DNA of 64,000 nt from Bdellovibrionales bacterium (GTDB lineage Bacteria > Bdellovibrionota > Bdellovibrionia > Bdellovibrionales > UBA1609): NCBI GenBank assembly GCA_965261545.1, contig CBDHDF010000010.1:1043389-1107388 (forward strand). Direction: 5' to 3'. Positions 29,961-39,705 of the stretch are shown here, piece after piece. How positions within the stretch are numbered: position 1 is the first letter of the stretch; the number at the start of each line of letters is the position of its first letter. Both the position numbers and the translations under genes were made by a program. The notes beneath the pieces are model-generated. The model worked only from the letters and a program-made list of their open reading frames with translations, had not been told where the DNA came from and searched no databases.

Positions 29961-31280
29961 GTGAAAGTGGCGAAGAAGAAAAGATTGGCATGGAGATGGG
30001 TGGGTTTCACTTTTTTTATTTTTCTTTCTTTCATTTTCTTTCAAAATTGTCTCACCACCCAAGACACGGGATCAATAGATGAGAAAAGTTCTCAGGAAAA
30101 AGGGGGGGACCCCATTGCCTTTGATACCGTGGTGGATACATTGAGCTATATGTCTTGTCAGGGAATGAGTGGGGGGTATCACAAGCGAGCTTACTTTACC
30201 TTGAAAATGGGAGCTTATCTTTCTGGCTCTGGAATCCGGTTTACCCATGATTTTTACGAAAAGGTCAAAACATACAGTCTTGAGAATAAATTAAATGAAC
30301 TCAGAGGCTCGGAGAACAATGTGGGCACTTATTTGCAAATGGGTATTCATCAGCAGGGCAACTACCTTATTCCTTTTACATTGACTTCTGGTTCTGGCTC
30401 TCATTCCATGGGGAGCATCTTCCCGAAAATGTTGGGTCCTGAGCCTCTTTCCAATGATATTTATGCAGGCCAAATGGCAGAGATTCCCCAAGAAAATGGG
30501 CGCATCAACTACTTTGGGGGGCTTTCTGATTCTGACCTAAGGATTATTGAAGGACAAATTTCTATGAATCATCTTAAGGCGAACGAGCAAGAAGTCCTAC
30601 GCAACTCCCTAGAGGGAGTTGGGTCTCGCCCGGGACTTATCACTCTTGGTTACACCCAAAGTCGCCTAGAGGGTGGGCAGATTTTGGGTTCCGATCAGTC
30701 GCCTGCTAGAACAAAGGCTTTTGGACGTGGTTATAAGGTGAGTTTTGGTCACGGGCACCTTTATGATGAGTATAGTTATCATGCTTCTGGCTCCAAGAAG
30801 AGTCCCAAAAGGCGCATTTTATCCACAGTGAGAGAAATCGCCCTCCAAGGGGACTCATCCAAAGCCACTTCTCCATGGGTTTGCCCTGAGAGTGTTCGCT
30901 TCATGGTTTTTCGTCCCTGGGATATTCGAAGTCCCAATAATATAAACTCTATACCCTGTGCTGTTGATAACAATGGCATTGAGAGACCTGTGGATAGGGC
31001 CACTCTTGAAGATCCCCAGCGCCAAGCCATTTACAAGGTTCTTCGCCATGCCGATTGGGCCATTGACTTTGATAGGGCTTGTGTGGTGCCTAAGCAAGGG
31101 GGTGGAGGATGCTATGGGTCTTCATATAATAAAACAAATTCCATTGTGAATTACTACGGAAGTTTTGAGCAGGGTCAGTGTGATACCACAATGACCTTTG
31201 ATCTCAATGGAGATGGACGACCGGAGAGGGTCCACCTTTTATGTCCTCATTATATCAGCGTTTGTTTTCGAAGTTTATAG
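29961..31280 (+). CDS. Cys-rich lipoprotein or exported protein
   Basis: Basic N-terminus, hydrophobic stretch, FFQNC lipobox-like motif; AAGGAG upstream. Confidence 0.75.
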   Translation: MKVAKKKRLAWRWVGFTFFIFLSFIFFQNCLTTQDTGSIDEKSSQEKGGDPIAFDTVVDTLSYMSCQGMSGGYHKRAYFTLKMGAYLSGSGIRFTHDFYEKVKTYSLENKLNELRGSENNVGTYLQMGIHQQGNYLIPFTLTSGSGSHSMGSIFPKMLGPEPLSNDIYAGQMAEIPQENGRINYFGGLSDSDLRIIEGQISMNHLKANEQEVLRNSLEGVGSRPGLITLGYTQSRLEGGQILGSDQSPARTKAFGRGYKVSFGHGHLYDEYSYHASGSKKSPKRRILSTVREIALQGDSSKATSPWVCPESVRFMVFRPWDIRSPNNINSIPCAVDNNGIERPVDRATLEDPQRQAIYKVLRHADWAIDFDRACVVPKQGGGGCYGSSYNKTNSIVNYYGSFEQGQCDTTMTFDLNGDGRPERVHLLCPHYISVCFRSL

Positions 31281-31378
31281 TACAACTTGTGATGGAAATT
31301 GCGTGGGAGGTGCTGGTCCCTTAGCTAGTGGTGAGCAGTTTCTTAGTGTCTATTCTATTTCGGTCCAATGAGGCAGCA

Positions 31379-31418
31379 AGGTTTTTTAGCTAGCCTCGTC
31401 GTTGTTGCTTAAGTATTT
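31379..31418 (+). repeat. 40-bp target duplication, left copy (right copy 33332-33371)
   Basis: AGGTTTTTTAGCTAGCCTCGTCGTTGTTGCTTAAGTATTT abuts both TIRs. Confidence 0.95.
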
Positions 31419-33331
31419 CCCGAGTTTGACAGCAGCATCTGCGTCAAACGAATGATATTAAAGGATTAACGCATATAGTTGTATTTTGTTTATCCACACT
31501 TGTGGGCATTAAGGATTCTGGGAGGGATGGGGACGCCTGCGGCTTTAAATAAGGAGTTGGCATTGCCAGTGATATCTGTGCGGGTCCAAATGACTTGATC
31601 ACGAATTTTAACAGGGATAGCCCTAACTTCCTTGAGTTCCCTCATGGCCTCTACAACAGTTAAAGGTCGCTCTTTAACATGACCAATGCCTATGGCTGGG
31701 CTTTTTAGGTTCATCTTCTTATCTCTTAAACATTTTGTAAGGTGGGCCTCACAAAGATAAGTTAAAAAGCATAGAGTTAAATGTCCAATAATCCTCTGGT
31801 CTGTCCAATGGAAAACAGGACGTGTTTTCAAAGTCCCTTTTAACTCACCAAAAGCATCTTCAATTTTCCACAATTCTTTGTAGTTGATAATAATCTCATC
31901 TGCCGTCAAGTCTTTGACATTTGTAAGGACGGCAAAAAAACCATCAATTTTTTCATCTAATTCTATTTGTTCTGCATTTAATTCAGGTTTTTTATTTTTG
32001 TCGTCAGCCATCTTTACATATTTCTTATAACCTTTATTGGAAACAAAAGTACTAGACTGAACACCTTTAGAAGATAGTTTTCCTTCGATCTTTTCAAGAA
32101 GGGATTCTCTAGATTTTTTATCCCTCTCTGCTCTTTTCCTAGACCAAGTCACAATACATCTATGCCCCCCATGGTCTGTTTCGTAAACAGCAAGCTCATT
32201 CTCATATACCCAGCTAAAACGATTTAAATCATAGACCTCTTGTTTCTTTTCTTTTTTTAAAGATCCAAGCTTCATACCAACAATAAACTCGCTTTGATCC
32301 TCACTGAGTTTGTCAGTATTAGCCTTTGATAAAAGCCCCCTATCAGCCACAAAAATGAAACGGCGTACATTAAACTTTTTTCTCATTTTATCAACAATAT
32401 CTGAAAGCGTCTTGCCTTCAAAAGTATTACCAGGGAAAACCTCAAAACCTAAAGGGATGCCATCCCGATTCACCAACAAACCAAAGACAACTTGGGTGCA
32501 GTCTGATCGTCTCTCTTTACTATAGCCAAATTGACGAAGTTTCCCTAAGTCTGTTCTTGTACTCTCGAAGCGTAAGGTTGTTAAATCATACAACACAATG
32601 TCTACTTGGAAATTAAATAAATCTCGCCCCACCCAATAAAGCGAGTTCTCTATTTCATCCTTATGGGAGGCAAGTAAGTCCATAGACCGATAAATATGCT
32701 GGAGACTCAAATCACCCTTAATCATGTCTGGGTAAAAAGATTTTTGCCAATACTCAAAAACCTTTAACTTGGAACTAGGAGCAATAAATCGGCTGGCAAC
32801 TAAGGTAAAAATCACCTTACATAAATCAAATTGAACTTTCTCATGAGAATCTTTTATGTCTTTGAGGGTCTTATTGATACCCAGTTGATCAAACAACTTT
32901 TGTAAAATCAGCAAGGGACCCAAAATGAAAGTCTCTTCGATGTAAAGCTCCTTAGCCAATTGACTCACAGTGAGAAGCTCTCGGTGGCGGGATACGGCCT
33001 GCGCCAAACTATTAATCTTATCCTCTCCTCCTTCTCCAGCCTTACCTAAGGACATGAGCATGCGTTTTTTGGATTTGCCTTTTTCTCTGTAGGACTCCAC
33101 AAGGTGGTAGTAGCACTGACCTTTTGAGTTTTTAGTCGTTTGGATGTACATGAGGATATTTTCTACATATTTCTATGATATATCAATATTTAAAACGATA
33201 AAATCCTATTTTGTTTTCTACACTTTTTTTGCGTCAATTTTAATTTTTCCAGCAGCTACCATTATATTTCAGTACAACCCCAATTTCTGGAAATTTCGCA
33301 TTTTAACGCAGATGCTGCTGTCAAACTCGGG
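31419..33331 (-). mobile_element. IS1634-family copy 4, intact, 1913 bp
   Basis: TIRs plus 40-bp direct repeat. Confidence 0.97.
31490..33151 (-). CDS. IS1634-family transposase, 553 aa
   Basis: Differs from 13106-14767 at only two residues. Confidence 0.93.
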   Translation of the reverse strand: MYIQTTKNSKGQCYYHLVESYREKGKSKKRMLMSLGKAGEGGEDKINSLAQAVSRHRELLTVSQLAKELYIEETFILGPLLILQKLFDQLGINKTLKDIKDSHEKVQFDLCKVIFTLVASRFIAPSSKLKVFEYWQKSFYPDMIKGDLSLQHIYRSMDLLASHKDEIENSLYWVGRDLFNFQVDIVLYDLTTLRFESTRTDLGKLRQFGYSKERRSDCTQVVFGLLVNRDGIPLGFEVFPGNTFEGKTLSDIVDKMRKKFNVRRFIFVADRGLLSKANTDKLSEDQSEFIVGMKLGSLKKEKKQEVYDLNRFSWVYENELAVYETDHGGHRCIVTWSRKRAERDKKSRESLLEKIEGKLSSKGVQSSTFVSNKGYKKYVKMADDKNKKPELNAEQIELDEKIDGFFAVLTNVKDLTADEIIINYKELWKIEDAFGELKGTLKTRPVFHWTDQRIIGHLTLCFLTYLCEAHLTKCLRDKKMNLKSPAIGIGHVKERPLTVVEAMRELKEVRAIPVKIRDQVIWTRTDITGNANSLFKAAGVPIPPRILNAHKCG

Positions 33332-33342
33332 AGGTTTTTTAG

Positions 33343-34119
33343 CTAGCCTCGTCGTTGTTGCTTAAGTATTTGTGTCAATTCTTTAAATTTGGCTTCCATA
33401 AAATGCCTTGCTCCGCGTTTCTTGAAGTTAAGAATGATTTTATGAGCTTCTCTGTAGTGTCCTGCTTTGTAAAGCATGTCCACATACTTTTGGGTGACTG
33501 TGACTTGCATGGTTTCGGGTCTCGATTGAATGACATAGTTGAAATACTCTTTAGATTCATCTGTGCGTTCAAGGTTGCCAAGAACCTTTGCATATTCATA
33601 GGCGGCTTTTAAGCCTGTTCCCCCGTGTTGGAAGTAATTGCTGTAAGCTTGGGCAGCAAGTTTGATTTTCTTGTTGTTGACCAAGATGGCCCCATATTTT
33701 TCAAGAACCTCTAGGTTGGCGGAGTCATTGCGAAGAAGGTCCCCATGGACTTGTTCCACACATTGGGGCTTGTGACGCTTTGTGCAAATTTCTGCAATGC
33801 GATGCAAGTCTTTCGTACTAGCTATGCCTGCGAAATGTTTCACTTTGAGGGGGATAATTTCAAAAGAATAAAAACTCCAATTCACTGTTTGAATAAAACC
33901 ACCAATCATCAGGATTGAAACAAGAGTCGCGACAAAGATAAATTGCTTCGTAGATTTGTGCTCCGTATCCTTGGCTGTTTGATTGTCTGACCAGCCGCAA
34001 GAATTACAGATAGTCACTTGTTGTTGAAGGCGGTCTTGAGAAATATCCGATTTGCATACCGGGCAGCTTCCAAAAATCATATCATTCTCCTTTTTTCCAT
34101 GGCTAGATTTCTTGGTCAA
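33343..34119 (-). CDS. Zn-ribbon, TM and TPR-like protein; likely start at MIFG
   Basis: CPVC...CNSC, a hydrophobic helix and TPR-like helices. Confidence 0.7.
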   Translation of the reverse strand: MTKKSSHGKKENDMIFGSCPVCKSDISQDRLQQQVTICNSCGWSDNQTAKDTEHKSTKQFIFVATLVSILMIGGFIQTVNWSFYSFEIIPLKVKHFAGIASTKDLHRIAEICTKRHKPQCVEQVHGDLLRNDSANLEVLEKYGAILVNNKKIKLAAQAYSNYFQHGGTGLKAAYEYAKVLGNLERTDESKEYFNYVIQSRPETMQVTVTQKYVDMLYKAGHYREAHKIILNFKKRGARHFMEAKFKELTQILKQQRRG

Positions 34120-34181
34120 ATTTTCATAGTCAAATCACTAGTCAAATCATAAACCACAAATCACAATTTACTTAATAGTAA

Positions 34182-34197
34182 AGCAAGTAGGATGCCT
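34182..34197 (-). promoter_or_regulatory. sigma54 -24/-12 promoter
   Basis: AGGCAT-N5-TTGCT on the minus strand upstream of the TPR gene. Confidence 0.5.
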
Positions 34198-34367
34198 AAA
34201 AGTGGGATACTAAGTGCCTGAAATAACTTATACGCTACGCATCAAAAGTGTACAAGCTTTGGCATACTGTCCAAAAGTATGACAGACATTGGTTGGTCCT
34301 GAATTTGGGCTAATGTGCGAGAGATATTGATTCAGGCTTGGAGCTGGGTGAATGAGTTGAGGTCGAG

Positions 34368-36929
34368 TTAATGGGTTATGAAATTTAGTATGCGTCCCAC
34401 TTTGTAAATGGTTTTCACAACAGTTTTATCACCGATGGCCATTTGAACGCTTTTAAGGGATTTGGCCATGGTGGTGGCTTCGTCTTGGGAAGTGATTTCT
34501 GAAACTTCAATGGTTCCCCTCATCTTTCCGTTGACCTGTACCCCCATGGTCATGATTTCATTTCTGGCTAGGTTTTCGTTGTATTGAGGCCAAGGGGCCA
34601 GAGACACCAAGCCATTTCCACCCAGCCGGCTCCAAAGTTCCTCACTGATATGAGGGGCAAATGGCATGAGAAGTTGAACCAATACTTGAAGGACTTTTCG
34701 AGGTCGAGTTTTTTGCTTGTAAAGCTCGTTAACCAAAATCATCATGGCACTGATGGCCGTGTTAAAATTCATATCTTCAATGTCTTCCCCCACTTTTTTC
34801 ACTGTTTTGTGAAGAAGTCTTTCTATGGGTTTTCCGAGTGAGGAATCATTGGAATTTTCAAGTTTGAAATTTTCAGGTGACGAATCATCGGTGATTCCCT
34901 TGCCTTCTTCGTCCACGCAAAGTCTCCAAACTCTTTCTAAGAAACGACGAATCCCCTCCATGCCCGATGTGTTCCAGGGTTTGTCTTTTTCAAATGGACC
35001 GAGAAAGCAAATATAGACCCTGGTGGTATCGGCCCCATATTTTTCTCGAATTTCATCGGGGTTGATAACATTGCCCCTTGATTTTGACATTCTTTGGCCA
35101 TCGGGTCCGAGGATAACGCCTTGATGGACAAGCCTTTGAAAGGGTTCATCACAGGTGGTAAGTCCTGCATCAAATAAGACTTTTTGCCAGAACCTTGCAT
35201 AGAGAAGGTGGCCCACGGTGTGCTCAGCTCCTCCGACGTAAAGATCCACAGGCATCCAGTATTTTTGCTTTTCGAGTTCACAGAAAGTCTTGTCATTATT
35301 GGGATCTAGGTAGCGCAAGAAATACCATGATGAACCGGCGGATCCAGGCATGGTATCTGTGTCCCGGATTCCCCGTCCCGAAGCCCCTTGGTAGTTCACA
35401 AAATCGGGGACTTTTGCAAGGGGAGGGGCTCCATCTTCTGTGGGTTCGTAGTCGGCGACCTGTGGAAGGGTGACAGGCAACTCCTCGTCGGAGAGGGTGT
35501 GAAGTGTACCTTTTTCGGAGGGGGCTTGGTGTGTACCTTCTTCGGAAAGGGTGCGAGGTGTACTTTCTTCACCCAATTCCTTCAAATAAACCATGGGAAA
35601 GGGTTCTCCCCAATAGCGTTGGCGACTGAAAAGCCAATCACGCAATTTGTACTGAATTTTTCTTTGCCCCAAACCTTTGGACTCTAAAAACTCTGTGACT
35701 TTGTCTATGGCCTCTGCTTTTTCAAGGTCGTTGAGAAAATCTGAGTGAACAAGCTTTCCATCCCCTTCAAAGGGAAGAGGCTCTTCGCTGAGGAGGACTC
35801 GACGAATGGGAAGGTCAAACTTGGTGGCAAATTCAAAGTCGCGGGTGTCGTGACCAGGCACGGCCATAATGGCTCCCGTGCCGTAGTCCATAAGGACATA
35901 GTCGGCAATCCAAATGGGAAGCTTTTCACCATTGACAGGGTTGATGACCCATCTCCCAGTAAAGACACCTGTTTTTTCGGTGTCCGCCTTTCGATTCACT
36001 TCACTTTTGCAAAGGGATTGTTGGACATATTTTTCCACAGCAGATTTTTGTTCTGTGGTGGTGATTTTGGCCACACAGGGATGTTCGGGGGCCACCACCA
36101 TAAAGGTGCAACCAAACAGGGTGTCGGGCCTTGTTGTGTAGACTTCAAGAGTTTCTTGAAGAGGCTTTTGGAGGATTTCTTGAAGCAATTTTTGTTCTTG
36201 ATGGCCATGGATGGCAAAGCGAACCACCATGCCCTCGCTGCGTCCAATCCAGTTGCGTTGACCTTCCTTTGTTTTTTCGGGCCAGTCGACTTTTTCTAAA
36301 TCCTTAAGGAGTCTTTCAGCGTAGGCTGTGATTTTAAGCATCCACTGCTTCATGGGTTTCCGGATGACGGGGTGTCCGCCGCGCTCACTTTTTCCGTCGA
36401 TCACTTCCTCGTTGGCGAGAACGGTTTTAAGGGCAGGGCACCAGTTGACCGGAACTTCCCTTTGGTAAGCGAGGTTTTTTTTGTAGAGTTTTTTAAATAT
36501 GAATTGGGTCCATTTGTAAAACTTTGGATCACAGGTGGAAATTTCGCGACTCCAGTCAAAGCTATAGCCAAAGGACTGAAGTTGCTTTCTAAAATTAACA
36601 ATGGCATTTTTAGTGGTTTTTTCTGGGTGGACCCCCGTTTGAATGGCGTATTGTTCGGCAGGGAGACCAAAGGCATCGTATCCAAAGGGGTGGAGTACAT
36701 TAAAGCCACGGGCTCTCTTATAACGAGCCACAATGTCTGTGGGAGTATAAGAAGCAAGGTGGCCCACATGAAGTCCAGCTCCAGAGGGATAGGGAAACAT
36801 GTCGAGGGCATAGTACTTTGGCTGGTTCAAGTTGTCTTTGGCACGAAAGCAGTTTTTCTCACTCCAAGTTCTTTGCCAGTGCTCTTCTACTTTTAAATGA
36901 TCGTATGTCTTTAAATGTTTGTAGGTCAT
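34368..36929 (-). CDS. leuS: Leucine--tRNA ligase
   Basis: MFPYPSGAGLHVGH, YTTRPDT editing domain, SRQRYWGEP and RMSKS. Confidence 0.97.
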   Translation of the reverse strand: MTYKHLKTYDHLKVEEHWQRTWSEKNCFRAKDNLNQPKYYALDMFPYPSGAGLHVGHLASYTPTDIVARYKRARGFNVLHPFGYDAFGLPAEQYAIQTGVHPEKTTKNAIVNFRKQLQSFGYSFDWSREISTCDPKFYKWTQFIFKKLYKKNLAYQREVPVNWCPALKTVLANEEVIDGKSERGGHPVIRKPMKQWMLKITAYAERLLKDLEKVDWPEKTKEGQRNWIGRSEGMVVRFAIHGHQEQKLLQEILQKPLQETLEVYTTRPDTLFGCTFMVVAPEHPCVAKITTTEQKSAVEKYVQQSLCKSEVNRKADTEKTGVFTGRWVINPVNGEKLPIWIADYVLMDYGTGAIMAVPGHDTRDFEFATKFDLPIRRVLLSEEPLPFEGDGKLVHSDFLNDLEKAEAIDKVTEFLESKGLGQRKIQYKLRDWLFSRQRYWGEPFPMVYLKELGEESTPRTLSEEGTHQAPSEKGTLHTLSDEELPVTLPQVADYEPTEDGAPPLAKVPDFVNYQGASGRGIRDTDTMPGSAGSSWYFLRYLDPNNDKTFCELEKQKYWMPVDLYVGGAEHTVGHLLYARFWQKVLFDAGLTTCDEPFQRLVHQGVILGPDGQRMSKSRGNVINPDEIREKYGADTTRVYICFLGPFEKDKPWNTSGMEGIRRFLERVWRLCVDEEGKGITDDSSPENFKLENSNDSSLGKPIERLLHKTVKKVGEDIEDMNFNTAISAMMILVNELYKQKTRPRKVLQVLVQLLMPFAPHISEELWSRLGGNGLVSLAPWPQYNENLARNEIMTMGVQVNGKMRGTIEVSEITSQDEATTMAKSLKSVQMAIGDKTVVKTIYKVGRILNFITH

Positions 36930-36985
36930 GTTTTATCTATATATTTGGAAGGTTGGTTTATTTACCTCGTCATGGTTTGTGACGA

Positions 36986-38521
36986 CTATGGTTCCAGGAT
37001 TCCAGAAGTTGTTTCTTTCACAAAGTCTTTTGCCTTTTTATACTCCATGGAGTTGTAAAGCCCCTTGTCTTTGAGGTCTTGGATTCCCGGTTTGGTTTCA
37101 ATGATTTTCATGGTTGAAAGATTGTAAATAGCATATTGATCCCCTGCTTTGGCTAAATAGAGAGCCCCGTCGAGTTTGTTCACCACCATGGAGGTATCAA
37201 GGTAGTAGAGGCCATCGGAGGAATTTAGCCATCCACCGGCATAAACGGGCTGTTGGATCAACGAGGTGACTTTATCAATCAGTGAAATCATTTGAATCAT
37301 AATATCCAGGGAAAGGTTTTTTTTGTCCACAATGGTTTGTGCGACCTTAAAGGGAGCCACAGCGTAGCCCTTTGATATAGGTTGAAATGTTTTAGAATCA
37401 AAGGTAAATCCATTGGGGTGGGTTTGAGCAATTTCGAGCAAAGCCATGGCTCGCAAAGGGATGGACTCTTGCTCGTGGTGGATGGGTTTTTGTTCGCTGA
37501 GAGTTGATTCTTGCTCGTGGTGGATGGATTTTTGTGTGTGGATTGTGGGTTGATTCTTTGTTGCTTCTTCTTTGTGGCTATTATTATGGAAAAGGTAAGG
37601 GTTTTCTTGAGAGTGGAGGTTCTCTTGTGGGTGTGTACAGCGGAGTTGGAAGACAGAAAGAAACACGAAAGCCAAGGTCATTAGAATATTGAGCCAAGAT
37701 TTTTGATCCTTGGAGATTTTGTCTGGGGGAGTGAATAGACTTGTACGAAGACCTTGATCCGCACACTCACAACCTTTATGGAGAGTTGGTTTGGCACTTA
37801 AAATGTCTTGGGCCAATTCAAAGGCTTTGGCATTATTGTTTCTCATAACTTCGATGACTCCTTGTAGGTTCACATGGGGGAGATTGTCATCCCAACAATC
37901 ATAGTCTGTGACAAAACAACAGGGTAAATAACTTAGTCCTGCCTCTCTGGCAAGGGCAAACTCTGGATAGTGGGTCATGCCAATGATATCTGCCCCCTGA
38001 GTTCGGTAGAGGTGGGATTCTGCTTGGGTTGAAAAATAGGGTCCTTCAATACAGATATAAGTTTTGTGAAAATGGGATTGCCAGCTTTTTTGAGGGGTTA
38101 TTTGAGAGAGCTGGTTCACCATGGAGGTGCAAATGGGGTGGGCGAGAGAAACATGGCCGACAACTCCCTGGCCACAAAAGCTATGGGGGCGGAGTCCCTT
38201 GGTGCGGTCTATGTATTGGGTGGGGACCACCATGTCTCCGGGTTTGTAGTTGCGTTGGAGACTTCCAACGGCGGAGAATGAAAGAATAGCTTTGGCTCCA
38301 TACTTTTTAAGAGCGTAAATGTTGGCTCTGTAGTTCACCTCACTGGGGAGTTTTTCGTGGTCACTTCCATGACGCGATAGAAATAAACAGGGCTGGGAGT
38401 TGACCTCCACCTGGCAGAGGCCACTGGATGTGGGTCCAAAAGGAGTCTCTACGTCTAAGTTGTCAATGACTTTAAAGCCATCAAATTTTTCAAATCCTGA
38501 ACCTCCTATAATGGCCCACAT
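36986..38521 (-). CDS. mtnP: 5'-methylthioadenosine phosphorylase with a roughly 230-aa C-terminal extension
   Basis: IIGGSG, SRHG, NYRANI, EGPYFSTQAES, IGMT and VTDYD in the first ~280 aa. Confidence 0.88.
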   Translation of the reverse strand: MWAIIGGSGFEKFDGFKVIDNLDVETPFGPTSSGLCQVEVNSQPCLFLSRHGSDHEKLPSEVNYRANIYALKKYGAKAILSFSAVGSLQRNYKPGDMVVPTQYIDRTKGLRPHSFCGQGVVGHVSLAHPICTSMVNQLSQITPQKSWQSHFHKTYICIEGPYFSTQAESHLYRTQGADIIGMTHYPEFALAREAGLSYLPCCFVTDYDCWDDNLPHVNLQGVIEVMRNNNAKAFELAQDILSAKPTLHKGCECADQGLRTSLFTPPDKISKDQKSWLNILMTLAFVFLSVFQLRCTHPQENLHSQENPYLFHNNSHKEEATKNQPTIHTQKSIHHEQESTLSEQKPIHHEQESIPLRAMALLEIAQTHPNGFTFDSKTFQPISKGYAVAPFKVAQTIVDKKNLSLDIMIQMISLIDKVTSLIQQPVYAGGWLNSSDGLYYLDTSMVVNKLDGALYLAKAGDQYAIYNLSTMKIIETKPGIQDLKDKGLYNSMEYKKAKDFVKETTSGILEP

Positions 38522-38560
38522 GCTTTATTTCCTCCTTGTTTTAATAGTATAAAGAATCTT

Positions 38561-39679
38561 TTAAATTCCTTTTGATATCGTTTTGTCTTCATTGAGAATA
38601 TTGTATTTTTTTTCGAGAATCTTAAATTCGATTTCCCAATTTTGAGGGGTGAGAACGCCTGTATTTAATATCCATCCCTGAACGAGATTTGAGGGTGTGA
38701 CATCGAAAGCTGGGTTGTGCACTTGTATATGACCATGACCATTATGACTTTTTTGACTCCCGTAGCTTATGGATGAAACTTCCTTGGGGTCTCGTTCTTC
38801 GATGGGAATGTCTTTTCCTGTGGAGCATTGAAAGTCAATGGTGGTGTGTGGAGCCGCCATGTAAAAGGGAATTCTGTGGTAGTGACAACAAAGGGCTATG
38901 TTGTAGGTTCCCACCTTATTGGCAAAGTCTCCATTTCTTGCAATGCGGTCGGCTCCCACCATGGTCAGGGAGATGCGGCCTTCTGCCATAAGGCTTGCTG
39001 ACATATTGTCACAAATCAGGGTGTAGGGAATGCCCTGTTTATCCAACTCCCATGTGGTCAAGCGTCCTCCCTGGAGAAGGGGGCGTGTCTCATTCACATA
39101 AACATGTATTTTCTTGCCTTGTTTGTGGGCCTGGGCAATAGCTCCTAGGGCTGTGCCCACACCTGTTGTGGCGAGCCCCCCTGTGTTGCAGTGGGTAAGA
39201 ATGGAACTACCATCGGGAATAAGGGCTGCGCCATTTTCAGCTATTTTTTGACAAAGTTCCATATCTTGGTGAAAGAGGCGAAGGGCTGTTTCTTCTATGG
39301 ATTTGTGTGTGAAGTCTTTTTGGGCCATGGAGAGGATTTGTTCAATGGCGACCATAAGGTTTATTGCTGTGGGGCGAGCCGCTCGTAGCTCAAGGGCTGC
39401 TTTATGAAAATCCTCTATGAAACTTGTACTTGCATGGTAACTTCTCTTTGTATGACCTATGGTTTGAGCGAGGGAGAAAGCTGCGGCGACTCCAATGAGG
39501 GGGGCGCCTCGAACTTTGAGGGTTCGAATCGCCCTTATCATATCTTTGTGGTTTTTAATTTCAATCCACTCTTCTCTTTTAGGGAGAATGGATTGGTCGA
39601 GGAGCAGAAGCTGTCCTTGGTGGTAGCGGAGAGACATGGATTCAATGGGGGTGGTGGATTTCATGGCAGAATTTGTCAT
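38561..39679 (-). CDS. mtnA: Methylthioribose-1-phosphate isomerase
   Basis: VRGAPLIG, RPTAINL, THCNTGGLAT, ETRPLLQG and NPAFDVT. Confidence 0.93.
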   Translation of the reverse strand: MTNSAMKSTTPIESMSLRYHQGQLLLLDQSILPKREEWIEIKNHKDMIRAIRTLKVRGAPLIGVAAAFSLAQTIGHTKRSYHASTSFIEDFHKAALELRAARPTAINLMVAIEQILSMAQKDFTHKSIEETALRLFHQDMELCQKIAENGAALIPDGSSILTHCNTGGLATTGVGTALGAIAQAHKQGKKIHVYVNETRPLLQGGRLTTWELDKQGIPYTLICDNMSASLMAEGRISLTMVGADRIARNGDFANKVGTYNIALCCHYHRIPFYMAAPHTTIDFQCSTGKDIPIEERDPKEVSSISYGSQKSHNGHGHIQVHNPAFDVTPSNLVQGWILNTGVLTPQNWEIEFKILEKKYNILNEDKTISKGI

Positions 39680-39705
39680 AGTGTTGTTCTTTGGCTATGG
39701 CATGG

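Noticed and set aside
34584..36896. Many 60-184 aa ORFs overlapping leuS and other long genes
   Set aside because: Antisense or alternative-frame shadows without motifs or SD.
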